This document shows, piece by piece, positions 8,306-17,281 of a DNA stretch of 64,000 nucleotides. The DNA comes from a virus (lineage: Duplodnaviria; Heunggongvirae; Uroviricota; Caudoviricetes). The translations under genes and the position numbers were made by a program. The notes below the pieces were generated by a model. It ran no database searches. It was not told the DNA's origin and saw nothing but the letters and a program-made list of their open reading frames with translations. Each line of letters starts with the position of its first letter. Positions within the stretch are counted from its first letter, which is position 1. The DNA is taken from the IMG/VR virus record IMGVR_UViG_3300048496_000015; one strand, written 5' to 3'.

Positions 8306-9593
8306 TTAATGCTCCTCCAGTTTTATCAGACACAATGAAATGATCGTTAATGAACTTAACGACCTTATCGGAATCTACGTCCTTATGGAACGCGATGTTA
8401 GGACCATGTCCCTCCAAGTATGAGCAAAAGATCCCTGGTTGGATTTCCTTCATACTCGAGGCGGTGTTATTGCCGCACTCTACTGAGCCGCATTCGAAAT
8501 GTTTTTGTGGAGCGGAAGGGAGCACATTGCTCACCCTTAAAGGTGAGTGAAAATGAACGATGGAGTGTACTTTATCACCCAGGGTTTTATAAATCGCTTG
8601 TTGGGTGTGTTCTCCAACCGAGGGACGACCTCCCATCGCAGTGATATATTTATCAGTCACATCCAGGATCTTGGCCATTCCAACTCTGAGAACCTGATTG
8701 TGGTCTTCTTTACGGCAAGAGGTGATAGTCTTGAATTCCTTACCCCAAACCTTACAACCAAAATGACCAGACGTCTTACCAAGGAAGGGTTTATAGGCTC
8801 TTGCGGCAATCAGGTGGCGCAATACTGGAAGGAAATTGCTAGGGATCGCGTTCTCGTTAGCCAAAAATTGAGGATCAATCCGTAATCCATCAACGACCTT
8901 AGTTCGTACGAAGTGGAGTTTCGTACGAGCAGCGATCATTTCAGAGAATGTCTTGACCGCTTCCTCTCTTGAGGAGGCGTGGTAGGGAAACTCTTCCGGA
9001 GTGATTACAACATTGTGGTGACTACGAATGTCGTTAGCAAAGACGAGATTCGCACTGCTTCTCTTGAGGAGTTTTAACCCATGTTCATAAGTTTCTTCAG
9101 GAGTGAGACCCGCAGTGGTCTTAAAGGCCGCGAGGAAGATATCCTTGCGGATCATCCGGATCATGGAGAGAATCTTCTCTGCTGGTCGGAGCATGAGCGT
9201 ATACTTCTCCTTCGAGGAGAGTCTGGGACTGTCTTTACCGAAGAAGGTATCCCGCTTTCCAGAGAGAGCTTCCGGCTCAAAATCACAAACCGCCGCAGCC
9301 ATTACGATACATCTGGTGTCTTTCTGAGACACAAGGTATCGTATGACTTTAGTAAGATCTTCGTTAGTCTCGAGACGGTCGACCCCAGCCTTAGATAGAA
9401 CTTCCCTCGCCGGAGAAAGAAGATTCTGATCTGCCATTGTGGTAAAGAGCCGAATCACCTGAGTATCAGGCCCAGGATCGACACCAGCAAGAATCTGCTT
9501 ACCAATAGTTCCATAAGCAGGAGCGCAGAGTGAGAAATGTGGTGCAATGTGCACCATTGTCCCACCTGCGATGATGTAGAATTTCTTTACCAC
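8295..9593 (-). CDS. two-domain protein: N-terminal CoaB-like (phosphopantothenoylcysteine synthetase fold) fused to C-terminal class II aldolase/adducin-like domain
   Basis: IIAGGTMVHIAP...GTIGKQI and MAAAVCDFEP match CoaB signatures; TSGHFG, IVHFHSP and EGHGPN resemble aldolase-II motifs. Confidence 0.65.
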   Translation of the reverse strand: MVKKFYIIAGGTMVHIAPHFSLCAPAYGTIGKQILAGVDPGPDTQVIRLFTTMADQNLLSPAREVLSKAGVDRLETNEDLTKVIRYLVSQKDTRCIVMAAAVCDFEPEALSGKRDTFFGKDSPRLSSKEKYTLMLRPAEKILSMIRMIRKDIFLAAFKTTAGLTPEETYEHGLKLLKRSSANLVFANDIRSHHNVVITPEEFPYHASSREEAVKTFSEMIAARTKLHFVRTKVVDGLRIDPQFLANENAIPSNFLPVLRHLIAARAYKPFLGKTSGHFGCKVWGKEFKTITSCRKEDHNQVLRVGMAKILDVTDKYITAMGGRPSVGEHTQQAIYKTLGDKVHSIVHFHSPLRVSNVLPSAPQKHFECGSVECGNNTASSMKEIQPGIFCSYLEGHGPNIAFHKDVDSDKVVKFINDHFIVSDKTGGALNES

Positions 9594-9931
9594 CAGAACC
9601 TCGTCTTAATCTTGCGGCCTTTATAAAGCCTATTCATATAGGCTACACCTTCTCGTAGTTGTTCAAAGCTATCCGGTTCAGCCATATTGATCGTGAAATC
9701 CGGATCAGGGGGATTGTTTGCGATTTTCATTATCGATGGAGGTTGCACTCGCAGCTTCGGCCACATGTTGCGGATCACAGCCAACGAAATGTCGTATTTT
9801 TTGTGTACGACCAAGAAATCGTCGTCGGATGGAGATCTACGGACTTTGATGGGAAACTCAAGTGGTTTAAGGGCGTTCTTGATGACTCTCGCTATTTCAT
9901 GCCCTTCAGATCCTTCCAGCGGAACGGACAT
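9587..9931 (-). CDS. small protein of the C-terminal DPxFF family
   Basis: MWPKL... and ...MAEPDSFEQL motifs. Confidence 0.55.
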   Translation of the reverse strand: MSVPLEGSEGHEIARVIKNALKPLEFPIKVRRSPSDDDFLVVHKKYDISLAVIRNMWPKLRVQPPSIMKIANNPPDPDFTINMAEPDSFEQLREGVAYMNRLYKGRKIKTRFWW

Positions 9932-10190
9932 TTTGATCTCGCTTAATGCAATTGCGGATTCTGGATCTCGTCCACATATCCTTATTAGGGACTAAGTGAA
10001 CCTCATCTTCTACCCATACTCCTTGGCATGGGAGCTTGCATTCCGCGAGTGTGGTACGGATGAATTTCTCGATTTCTTTGTCGTTTGCGGCAACCGAGAA
10101 ATCAAACCCTAAGGTTCGAGGACCTCCGCACCGTATGTCCACAGGATCGTTAGGACAACAATCTACTTCGACCTTTCGTACTTTCTTCAC
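9906..10190 (-). CDS. hypothetical protein
   Basis: 94-aa track ORF. Confidence 0.45.
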   Translation of the reverse strand: MKKVRKVEVDCCPNDPVDIRCGGPRTLGFDFSVAANDKEIEKFIRTTLAECKLPCQGVWVEDEVHLVPNKDMWTRSRIRNCIKRDQNVRSAGRI

Positions 10191-10945
10191 TTCTTGACCT
10201 CTACCTCTTCAACCTGCTCTGCATCTGCAAACATCTTGTCTGACATTCTAGCGAGGAATGCAGCAAGCCTGTAATAGATCGCTTTAAAGAACCTCTTGAT
10301 CGGATCATTGAGCATTGTCCAGATGAAGCTCCACGGCCAATAAGTCATCCAAGTGAGGATGCGGGCCTTGTGCTTCCTAGGCTGAGGCTTATATTCAAAA
10401 CAATAAGTCTCAGATGGACACGGTGTATAAAAATGTCCCTGCTTTACTATGGCAGCCCACTCTACCTTAGCGGTGGGTAGAATCTGATCATTTTCGTCAT
10501 ATTCTTCATCTTCAAGATCGAGTAGATCTTGGGGTTGCGGAGACCTACCTCTAGCACCTGCTAGGTGTTTCCTAGGCTTGTACTTGATAGGAGCAACGTA
10601 ATGCCAATTGGGCTTACCGAAGTTCTCTGTAAAGGCCGCAAAAGCTTCGCTATATTTCTCTCGCTGATCTTTAACGAAGAACCACCACTTACTAACTCCC
10701 CAGAAGCTTCCAAAGACGAAATATGCTGCGATATATATTCCTGTCGTCCACGGGTTTTCTGTTACCCAACCAAATATATTGAGTTCGCCCCAGATATGGA
10801 GGGCGACCACCACCGCCGCAAGAGTCAGGAATGCTCCCCACCCCTTCTCATATTCAGTTGCTACGAATATCAAGACGGTCGCCGTGGCGACCAGAATCCA
10901 GAACCAAAGCGTTCCGAATGCGAACAACAAGGCGGCAGTTTCCAT
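10187..10945 (-). CDS. membrane protein (several N-terminal TM helices); candidate partner of the SPFH protein
   Basis: hydrophobic N-terminal 100 aa; same operon as the SPFH gene. Confidence 0.6.
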   Translation of the reverse strand: METAALLFAFGTLWFWILVATATVLIFVATEYEKGWGAFLTLAAVVVALHIWGELNIFGWVTENPWTTGIYIAAYFVFGSFWGVSKWWFFVKDQREKYSEAFAAFTENFGKPNWHYVAPIKYKPRKHLAGARGRSPQPQDLLDLEDEEYDENDQILPTAKVEWAAIVKQGHFYTPCPSETYCFEYKPQPRKHKARILTWMTYWPWSFIWTMLNDPIKRFFKAIYYRLAAFLARMSDKMFADAEQVEEVEVKK

Positions 10946-10954
10946 AACAGTTCC

Positions 10955-11188
10955 TTAGCTCCCTTGGTTTCCGTTATCCTTGAGACACATTATCTCGACT
11001 AATTTTTCTTCGATCTCGTCGTGCTTCTCTTTCACCAAGTCGAGCAAATATTTCGCTTCTTGTGCGGAAGGCTCTCTCCGATAGCGCCTTTCAAAGGCGT
11101 CCCATAACTCCTTGCGGAGTCCTGCAAACAAGAGTTCCATTTTTACCTCCTTGCACGTGACTCCGGGGACCCTCCCAGGACCCTCCAC
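10955..11188 (-). CDS. hypothetical protein
   Basis: 77 aa; AAGGAGGT 5 nt upstream of the ATG. Confidence 0.55.
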   Translation of the reverse strand: MEGPGRVPGVTCKEVKMELLFAGLRKELWDAFERRYRREPSAQEAKYLLDLVKEKHDEIEEKLVEIMCLKDNGNQGS

Positions 11189-11190
11189 GC

Positions 11191-11234
11191 AGGAGAGCCC
11201 CAGGAGAGCCCCCGGAGGGGCTCCCCGTAGGGAG
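11191..11234. promoter_or_regulatory. GC-rich structured spacer: tandem 11-nt repeat AGGAGAGCCCC x2 plus two overlapping hairpins
   Basis: seen directly; GAGCCCC-CGGA-GGGGCTC and CTCCC-CGTA-GGGAG, followed by TTTTACTTCTT on the plus strand. Confidence 0.4.
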
Positions 11235-11236
11235 TT

Positions 11237-12208
11237 TTACTTCTTGTCCTCAGGGATCTGAATCAAGGGCATGACGTTGCCGTCCCCGCCCATCATGTAG
11301 CGAGGAAGGTCGCCCGACCACTTCTCCAACCACTGACGCTGAATCAGAGCGGGAGTCAGCGAAGCGGCAACTCGCTCGTTGTATTCCGCTTGCGCTTCAC
11401 CCTTGATCTTCAGAGCATCAGCTTCACCCTTAGCAGCCTCTCGAGCGGCATCGGCCTGACCTTTAGCGGTGGCCGCAGCGATTTCAGCCTGCTTCTCAGC
11501 ACTCTGGAGCTGGTAGACCTTCTCCAAAGCCTGCTGTTCCTGAACCTGCTTCTTCTTAATGGCCGCTTCGTACTCGTCATCAAACCGAACGTCGGCAATC
11601 GAGATTTCGGTCAGCTGAACGCCGTACTTCACCAGCCACTTGGCCAGGTTATCCTGGACCTTACTCTTCATCTGAGGACGTTTGACCAGAATCTCAGATG
11701 CCTTGTAGAGGGCCGTCTCGGCCTTCAAGACTTCCTGAGCCGCCGGGATGATAATGCGATCAGCATATTCGATACCAATCGTATCGAAAATCTTCGGGGC
11801 GGAATCAGCCAACATCTTGAAGTTCAGCGTCATATCAACTTCGATAGTCTGCTGATCGGCGGTGGCGCTTCCGTAGGTGGCGGTGTGCTTGTTGATCTGG
11901 CGGTCCATGGATTCGATATCGGCCCAAGGCTTCACGAAGCTAACACCCGAATTGAGGGGGCGTTCCTGAACCTTACCGAACTCGACCACGACACCGACCT
12001 GACCAGGATCCACGATGCGAATCGTGGAATACGCCAGCATACCAAACAAGGCGACGAAAGCCAGAACGAAGCATGCGTTCCCACCGAACGCGAACGTGCC
12101 GTCGCTACCGGCGCGCTTAGACTCGTTGGTCTTACCGAGCGACTTGAGAACCTTGCCCAATATGAACAAGGCCGCGAACAAGACAACAGCAACAATCAGT
12201 TTACCCAT
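11237..12208 (-). CDS. SPFH/band-7 (prohibitin, HflK/C-like) membrane protein
   Basis: N-terminal TM; IVDPGQVGVVVEFGK SPFH core; Ala/Glu/Lys-rich coiled-coil tail; GGAGGA SD. Confidence 0.85.
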   Translation of the reverse strand: MGKLIVAVVLFAALFILGKVLKSLGKTNESKRAGSDGTFAFGGNACFVLAFVALFGMLAYSTIRIVDPGQVGVVVEFGKVQERPLNSGVSFVKPWADIESMDRQINKHTATYGSATADQQTIEVDMTLNFKMLADSAPKIFDTIGIEYADRIIIPAAQEVLKAETALYKASEILVKRPQMKSKVQDNLAKWLVKYGVQLTEISIADVRFDDEYEAAIKKKQVQEQQALEKVYQLQSAEKQAEIAAATAKGQADAAREAAKGEADALKIKGEAQAEYNERVAASLTPALIQRQWLEKWSGDLPRYMMGGDGNVMPLIQIPEDKK

Positions 12209-12711
12209 TTTTCCTCCAAAATACCATTAGACTTCTTCAACTCAACCAGTTTGGATTTCCATTTCTTCACTTTCATCCGATCAAAGCTCTCTACCTCTAC
12301 GCCATGTTTCATCAACTCCTTAAAGCGACGGTGTGCACTTCTAACCACCATAAATGGAATACGTCCGTATACACCCCTACTTCCCCTCTTCTTCTGGTTC
12401 TTAAGTAGCTGATTCCAGGGCGTGTCGAAGACGATAGCCTCTACTTCGTAGCCTTGACTCTTGGCCATCCTCGCCCAGCGCCGTCTGGTCTTCCCATCAA
12501 CGAACTGAGCATCAACAACGAAAGGTTCCTTGCTAGTAAAGAGCTCGAGGGCCATCTGACTTGCGTGTTTCCACGCAAGATTCGCCTTGCCGAAGGTCCA
12601 TCTTCCCGCAACATAATCATCGGGCGAAACACAGGCCAAATGCGAGAGATACTTCTTCCGATAGGTAGACTTCCCTGAACCGGTTGGCCCGATGAGCATG
12701 TAAAGGATCAT
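12196..12711 (-). CDS. P-loop kinase (AAA_33 / polynucleotide-kinase-like)
   Basis: MILYMLIGPTGSGKST Walker A at the N-terminus; 171 aa. Confidence 0.7.
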   Translation of the reverse strand: MILYMLIGPTGSGKSTYRKKYLSHLACVSPDDYVAGRWTFGKANLAWKHASQMALELFTSKEPFVVDAQFVDGKTRRRWARMAKSQGYEVEAIVFDTPWNQLLKNQKKRGSRGVYGRIPFMVVRSAHRRFKELMKHGVEVESFDRMKVKKWKSKLVELKKSNGILEEKWVN

Positions 12712-12712
12712 A

Positions 12713-13018
12713 TTACCCTCTAATTAAGGAAGGACGAATCCCTCGTTTCCGGCGATCTTCTCGGTGCAATTTTCTGTAATCTTCGATGCCTAGCGCAACG
12801 TAGTGTTCAATCTTCTCAAAAAATTCCGGATCTTCAGCTTTAACAGGACCCTTGGGGGTTAATACTTTGTTCTTGAATACCTGAAGAATGTGAACCTGAC
12901 CTCCTTTTACGGAGGCATACCACATTCGCGAGTCATCACCCATGACTAGATTCTCATGCCAAGACTTTTTAGATTCGTTGGCCCAATCTGTGATCAAGTC
13001 ATTAAGACTAGGTGACAC
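12713..13018 (-). CDS. small protein of the DPxFF family
   Basis: ...AEDPEFFEKIEHY; N-terminal LITDWANE helix. Confidence 0.55.
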   Translation of the reverse strand: MSPSLNDLITDWANESKKSWHENLVMGDDSRMWYASVKGGQVHILQVFKNKVLTPKGPVKAEDPEFFEKIEHYVALGIEDYRKLHREDRRKRGIRPSLIRG

Positions 13019-13547
13019 TTTTCCTCTCCTTCAACCGCCTGTCGTACAGAACAATATTTACAGCCGCTGCCAGATTTGCGCAATGCTTGGTGGGAATTAC
13101 GACAAATCTGTGACAGTGCATAACGTGGACCTTCTCTAGTGAGCCGTCTTCAGGACCAAAGACGTACACCGCATTCTCGGGGTGTATGAAGTCCGGAAGA
13201 CTCTCTGCGTTCGGACGGATCTCAACAGCAACCGGCGTTATACCCTTAGGGAAGTGATCAAAGGGATAGTCGAATTGAACCATTTCAACATCTCGATATC
13301 CTTTCATCCTCTCCTCGCGAGGAAGACGTTCACCCTTCTCAAGGTCGAGAGATACCCTGTTGCCGGTCCACCACACCTGCTTCGCATCGAAGTTCGACGC
13401 GGCGCGGACCGCCGCACCAACGTTATGTGCATACTTAGGGTTGATTAAAATTACGGACGGTGTGGTACCCACCGGAGGTACATTCTTACCCCAGATTGCT
13501 TTTTTGAACCTTCCATCTAGAGGAGCGAGGTCTTCTTCACGCACCAA
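13008..13547 (-). CDS. SPOUT-class (SpoU/TrmH-like) RNA 2'-O-methyltransferase
   Basis: NVGAAVRAASNF, VYVFGPEDGSL and IPT...NLAAAVNIVLYD motifs. Confidence 0.8.
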   Translation of the reverse strand: MVREEDLAPLDGRFKKAIWGKNVPPVGTTPSVILINPKYAHNVGAAVRAASNFDAKQVWWTGNRVSLDLEKGERLPREERMKGYRDVEMVQFDYPFDHFPKGITPVAVEIRPNAESLPDFIHPENAVYVFGPEDGSLEKVHVMHCHRFVVIPTKHCANLAAAVNIVLYDRRLKERKSVT

Positions 13548-13977
13548 ACCATTCCTTAAGTTGGAGTGTCAATTTGTCGAAGAGTTGAGGATCAGCGATG
13601 TTTAATTTGGGCCATCTCTCAGGCCCATAACGGAGCTGAAGCTCGGGTTCATTAAACTCCACAACGAAATCACGATAACCACTACCGGAATTAACACTGA
13701 CATCAATGGAGTCGCTGTACGTCCCTCCGGTGAGGTCACACTTCTTATAATGAGAGGAGAGAGGTTTTAATGCTTTACGGACAATCCGCTTTCGCATATT
13801 CAGCTTGCGAACCAAGGGATTTGGCTTCGTACGCTCGAACGTCCCTAAATCCTCAGTTTGGATCTTCAGATCCCGAATAACAGGAAGGGAATACAACTTG
13901 CTTTCAAAATCAGCGATTGTGGTCGATTCTGGAATGTTTAAATCAAGTGTAACCCTAAGTTTCCTCAACTTCATCAA
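13537..13977 (-). CDS. hypothetical protein, DPxF-family-like C-terminus
   Basis: ...WPKLNIADPQLFDKL at the C-terminus. Confidence 0.5.
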   Translation of the reverse strand: MMKLRKLRVTLDLNIPESTTIADFESKLYSLPVIRDLKIQTEDLGTFERTKPNPLVRKLNMRKRIVRKALKPLSSHYKKCDLTGGTYSDSIDVSVNSGSGYRDFVVEFNEPELQLRYGPERWPKLNIADPQLFDKLTLQLKEWFGA

Positions 13978-14305
13978 ACTTTCCCCGAAGCTTAGTAAGC
14001 TGATTTGCTCGCTTGGTTAACTTCTTAACCTTAGCATCAATAGCGTTTTGAATGCCCTTTCTGATATCCTTGATGATTGTCTCATCGTTGACAAGGGATA
14101 CGTAACCTGTCACCTTGGTATCGCGATTGCCAGCCTTCATCATCACTTTTCCATCTCTTGGAGTGATGAAGAGTTCGACGCTTCCAAAGTTCCCGATGGG
14201 TGCTTCTACTGATTGGTGATAGACAACAGCTCTTGCTTTTAGGTCGAGCCTCTCTAGAAGGGTGACGAGATACACTCCCATATCTTCTTGGCGTTTATTC
14301 CACAT
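13955..14305 (-). CDS. hypothetical protein
   Basis: 116-aa track ORF. Confidence 0.5.
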   Translation of the reverse strand: MWNKRQEDMGVYLVTLLERLDLKARAVVYHQSVEAPIGNFGSVELFITPRDGKVMMKAGNRDTKVTGYVSLVNDETIIKDIRKGIQNAIDAKVKKLTKRANQLTKLRGKFDEVEET

Positions 14306-14693
14306 CGCAATTCTCGATCATCTCCTTGATCTCGTCCAGGTAACGCTTCGCGGTTTTAAGCACATTACGAACGGCGGTTTTGGGTGTCCTCCCGTGGGCA
14401 ACCCACCTTCCACCAGCGTCGTTTTTCGCACCTAAGAAGGCGGTGTAACCTGTTATCCTGCCCATGTAATCGTCTGCGTGGACTCTAATCCTGCCGCAAG
14501 GCGATTGAACATTGTAGTGCCAACCCAAGTTTTCATGTACGCGTGTAGTCCACCTTTTACCAAGGGCTAGAGCAAGTAACTTGCTCTCGTTCGTAGCCTT
14601 GTCGAATGCTGCTTTCGTGCAGTTTCCTCCACAGGCAGAGGCGCAGTAGATATGCCCTCTACGAATTGGTGTCCACGAGAGAGACTTTCCCAT
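14295..14693 (-). CDS. hypothetical protein
   Basis: 132-aa track ORF. Confidence 0.5.
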   Translation of the reverse strand: MGKSLSWTPIRRGHIYCASACGGNCTKAAFDKATNESKLLALALGKRWTTRVHENLGWHYNVQSPCGRIRVHADDYMGRITGYTAFLGAKNDAGGRWVAHGRTPKTAVRNVLKTAKRYLDEIKEMIENCDVE

Positions 14694-14898
14694 TTTCTTC
14701 CTTTAACCTCAGGCCTTTGAGAGGCCCGTAATGTGCTTCTGCACGTCCCTTAGCCCACAAAACAATACAACGAGGACAGAAGCTAACATTCTGAGGATTT
14801 TCATCCCAACAATTGATCACACAATGCTTTACGCCTTTTTCGTTCTCTAAGAGCCATAAAGTTAGACCAAACATTACGCCAAGTGCATCTTTTTCCAC
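14659..14898 (-). CDS. hypothetical Cys-containing protein
   Basis: 79-aa track ORF. Confidence 0.4.
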   Translation of the reverse strand: MEKDALGVMFGLTLWLLENEKGVKHCVINCWDENPQNVSFCPRCIVLWAKGRAEAHYGPLKGLRLKEENGKVSLVDTNS

Positions 14899-15305
14899 TA
14901 CTTCTTCTCTTTCACAAGACGCTTGATAGTCTTGTCGAGTACCGCAAGAACTTGGCGCTTAGAGCGCCCCTTGTGATCGTTATATGATACAACGATGTCA
15001 AGGTTCGACGCCAGCTTAAAAGCTTTGTATCCTTGACTTACGATGGTGTCTGCCAGAGCCTTCATTGGCGTCTCAACCGTCTTATGCTTACCAACGACCT
15101 TCTCCACAGCTCCAGCTAAACAAAAGGAAAAAGCTTCCTTCTCGAAGCTCTCACAAATTCGCCCATCCTCAGTATAGGATGAGTAATCCTGTGCCCAGCG
15201 ACCCCGCCCCTCAATGAGCTTGCGGGTCTTTTTTAGGATAGCGGAATTCTTCACAGCATCCTCTGTGCGATAACCTGTCCCACCGACTCCGCCAAGGCCT
15301 CGCAA
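14898..15305 (-). CDS. hypothetical protein
   Basis: 135-aa track ORF. Confidence 0.5.
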   Translation of the reverse strand: MRGLGGVGGTGYRTEDAVKNSAILKKTRKLIEGRGRWAQDYSSYTEDGRICESFEKEAFSFCLAGAVEKVVGKHKTVETPMKALADTIVSQGYKAFKLASNLDIVVSYNDHKGRSKRQVLAVLDKTIKRLVKEKK

Positions 15306-15838
15306 TCATCGCCGGTCTCGATGAGTTGCTTTGATTTTACTCTGAACTTCCAGTGACCACTCTGACTTCCTTCAATCCTGAAGGAGCGCTCAGGACCGAA
15401 AAGTAGCTCAGTTATAGGCGATAGTTCGCTGTGAGCTTCCTTACGATGGATGATCCTGGCATACACCTGAGCCCTGATCTTGGGATCGTGGAGCTTCTTC
15501 TTGTCAACTTCAGAGAGTACGAAATCGTCCTCAGTCACAAACTTCATCTCATCAATTTTGGATGAAGTCCCAATCTGTTTGGCGATCTCGGTCTGGATTT
15601 CGAACTCCTCCTCCGTGACGTCTTCGTAACCCTTCGAGTACTTCTCGTCTGTCTTCCTGTCAATAAAATCGTCACGGGAGTAGGAATCAGAGAACTTTTT
15701 GACGGTAGGTTTCCCACCCTTTGTCCCCAAGCGACCGTGACGGGTTGTAACGACGTACTCGCCGTCTTCGTGCTCATACATCCAGAACTTGTTGCTTCCT
15801 TCCTCGGAACAGATTAAAATCTTCTTCTGCATAAACAC
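15251..15838 (-). CDS. WGR-domain protein
   Basis: SNKFWMYEHEDGEYVVTTRHGRLGTKGG matches the W-G-R signature (as in PARP/MolR). Confidence 0.65.
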   Translation of the reverse strand: MFMQKKILICSEEGSNKFWMYEHEDGEYVVTTRHGRLGTKGGKPTVKKFSDSYSRDDFIDRKTDEKYSKGYEDVTEEEFEIQTEIAKQIGTSSKIDEMKFVTEDDFVLSEVDKKKLHDPKIRAQVYARIIHRKEAHSELSPITELLFGPERSFRIEGSQSGHWKFRVKSKQLIETGDDCEALAESVGQVIAQRML

Positions 15839-15840
15839 TC

Positions 15841-16302
15841 CTAGAGATTAGAACCAACCATATTCACTAACTCATCCTTACGAAGGGATGAATTCAAGTT
15901 CGATGCCTTAACCAAGTACCAGATAGTTTTATTATCGCGATAACTCTTCAAACCCTTTTGGGCGTTTCGTTTCCCCAAGTCGAGGAAAGAGATTCGCCGG
16001 TAAAACTCATCCTCAAAAAGAAGATATGTCACCCCAGCCTTCCCTTCATAAACCGAAAGGAAGCCACGTCCAGGTCGGAATTTGAGCATGACCTTCCTAT
16101 CGGGAGAAGCTAACATTTGGTTAGGGATGTCACTCCACGTTTCTATATCCCATCGGAAGGGGAATTCGACTTCGTGGACGTCGGAAATTTGTCCCTTCCT
16201 GAGAGACTTCCTTAGGATTCCAGGGATACGAAGATTATTCCTTACCGGGCCTATGAAGTCGACGGGGACGACCTGAACATCCTTGATTTCAAGGCGATTC
16301 AT
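15841..16302 (-). CDS. hypothetical protein
   Basis: track ORF; start trimmed to the ATG at 16302 (MNRLEIKD), ATGA overlap with the upstream small ORF. Confidence 0.5.
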   Translation of the reverse strand: MNRLEIKDVQVVPVDFIGPVRNNLRIPGILRKSLRKGQISDVHEVEFPFRWDIETWSDIPNQMLASPDRKVMLKFRPGRGFLSVYEGKAGVTYLLFEDEFYRRISFLDLGKRNAQKGLKSYRDNKTIWYLVKASNLNSSLRKDELVNMVGSNL

Positions 16303-16463
16303 ACCCACTGAACCTCTCGAGTTCCATCTAACCAGCGATGGACAAAATCTCGTAATTCATCTAGACACGTCTGGCAGAGCACAGCAGTGATCAAGATACC
16401 TTCTCCAGGCATGATCTTAGTTTCACTACCGCTTCGCTTGCGACAGCGAGAACAAGCTACCAT
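16300..16463 (-). CDS. small zinc-ribbon protein (54 aa), absent from the track
   Basis: MVACSRCRKRSG...LCQTCLDE; TAATG overlap upstream, ATGA overlap downstream. Confidence 0.35.
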
Positions 16464-16879
16464 TACTTCACCTTGATTGTGAGGAGACCTGATGCTGCCA
16501 TTTCCATCATCTGGTTTTCGGGAAGGGTCCCCGGTGGGAACACCGTCTTAGGTGTGAGAAGGTCGAACAAGCCAAGCGCATGGCCGAGCGCCATGAATTG
16601 GAGAGCCAACCCCTGACTACCAAGCCAAGCTCCTAACTCGATGTAACTGTGTTCCTTACCATCTAGGGGAGTGATATCATCATCTGTCCACTCACCCTTG
16701 TGTTCATTGATTAGAGACTTCAGTTCTTCGAGCTTAGCTTCTCCCGTCACTGCTACCTTAAACAAAACCATGTCGACGGTGTGGTTCTCTAGATCAGGAA
16801 GATCTAGTCGATCGCAACACTGGCCACATTTACATTCTCCACGCTTGGTATTGCGGGAAACGTATTCACCTAGATCCAT
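16463..16879 (-). CDS. hypothetical protein
   Basis: 138-aa track ORF. Confidence 0.5.
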   Translation of the reverse strand: MDLGEYVSRNTKRGECKCGQCCDRLDLPDLENHTVDMVLFKVAVTGEAKLEELKSLINEHKGEWTDDDITPLDGKEHSYIELGAWLGSQGLALQFMALGHALGLFDLLTPKTVFPPGTLPENQMMEMAASGLLTIKVK

Positions 16880-16887
16880 TTTACACC

Positions 16888-17148
16888 TTAATAATTTGGG
16901 GTTTCAATCCACGTACCGTGAGGAGATCCATACTTCAACCAGAGTTCTCTTGACCAATACCATTCTCCAGGCTTGATTCCCTTCTTCCTACGCACCTCGC
17001 TCCAGAGGGGTCGCCATAATGACCATTGATTATTGCGACCAATGATGTGGAAATTTACGAATTCGTGATCACCCTCTGATGGTAAGGGGTCCGACAATTT
17101 AAGCTTCTTCTTCACAGTTGGACTGTTTTGTTGAGAACTCTCCACCAC
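16888..17148 (-). CDS. hypothetical protein
   Basis: 86-aa track ORF. Confidence 0.45.
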   Translation of the reverse strand: MVESSQQNSPTVKKKLKLSDPLPSEGDHEFVNFHIIGRNNQWSLWRPLWSEVRRKKGIKPGEWYWSRELWLKYGSPHGTWIETPNY

Positions 17149-17281
17149 AGTGGCGACAAGTCCACCAATTGAGTTGACCTAACGTTCCCATGAACATCAG
17201 ATCTCCACCACAGAAATTACAAATCATCTGTTTCTCGAAATACGCGTGCAACAATTTCTTGGATTCGCGCCCATGCTTCAA
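17099..17281 (-). CDS. small zinc-ribbon protein
   Basis: CNFCGG...CRHCGG. Confidence 0.4.
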   Translation of the reverse strand: MKHGRESKKLLHAYFEKQMICNFCGGDLMFMGTLGQLNWWTCRHCGGEFSTKQSNCEEEA

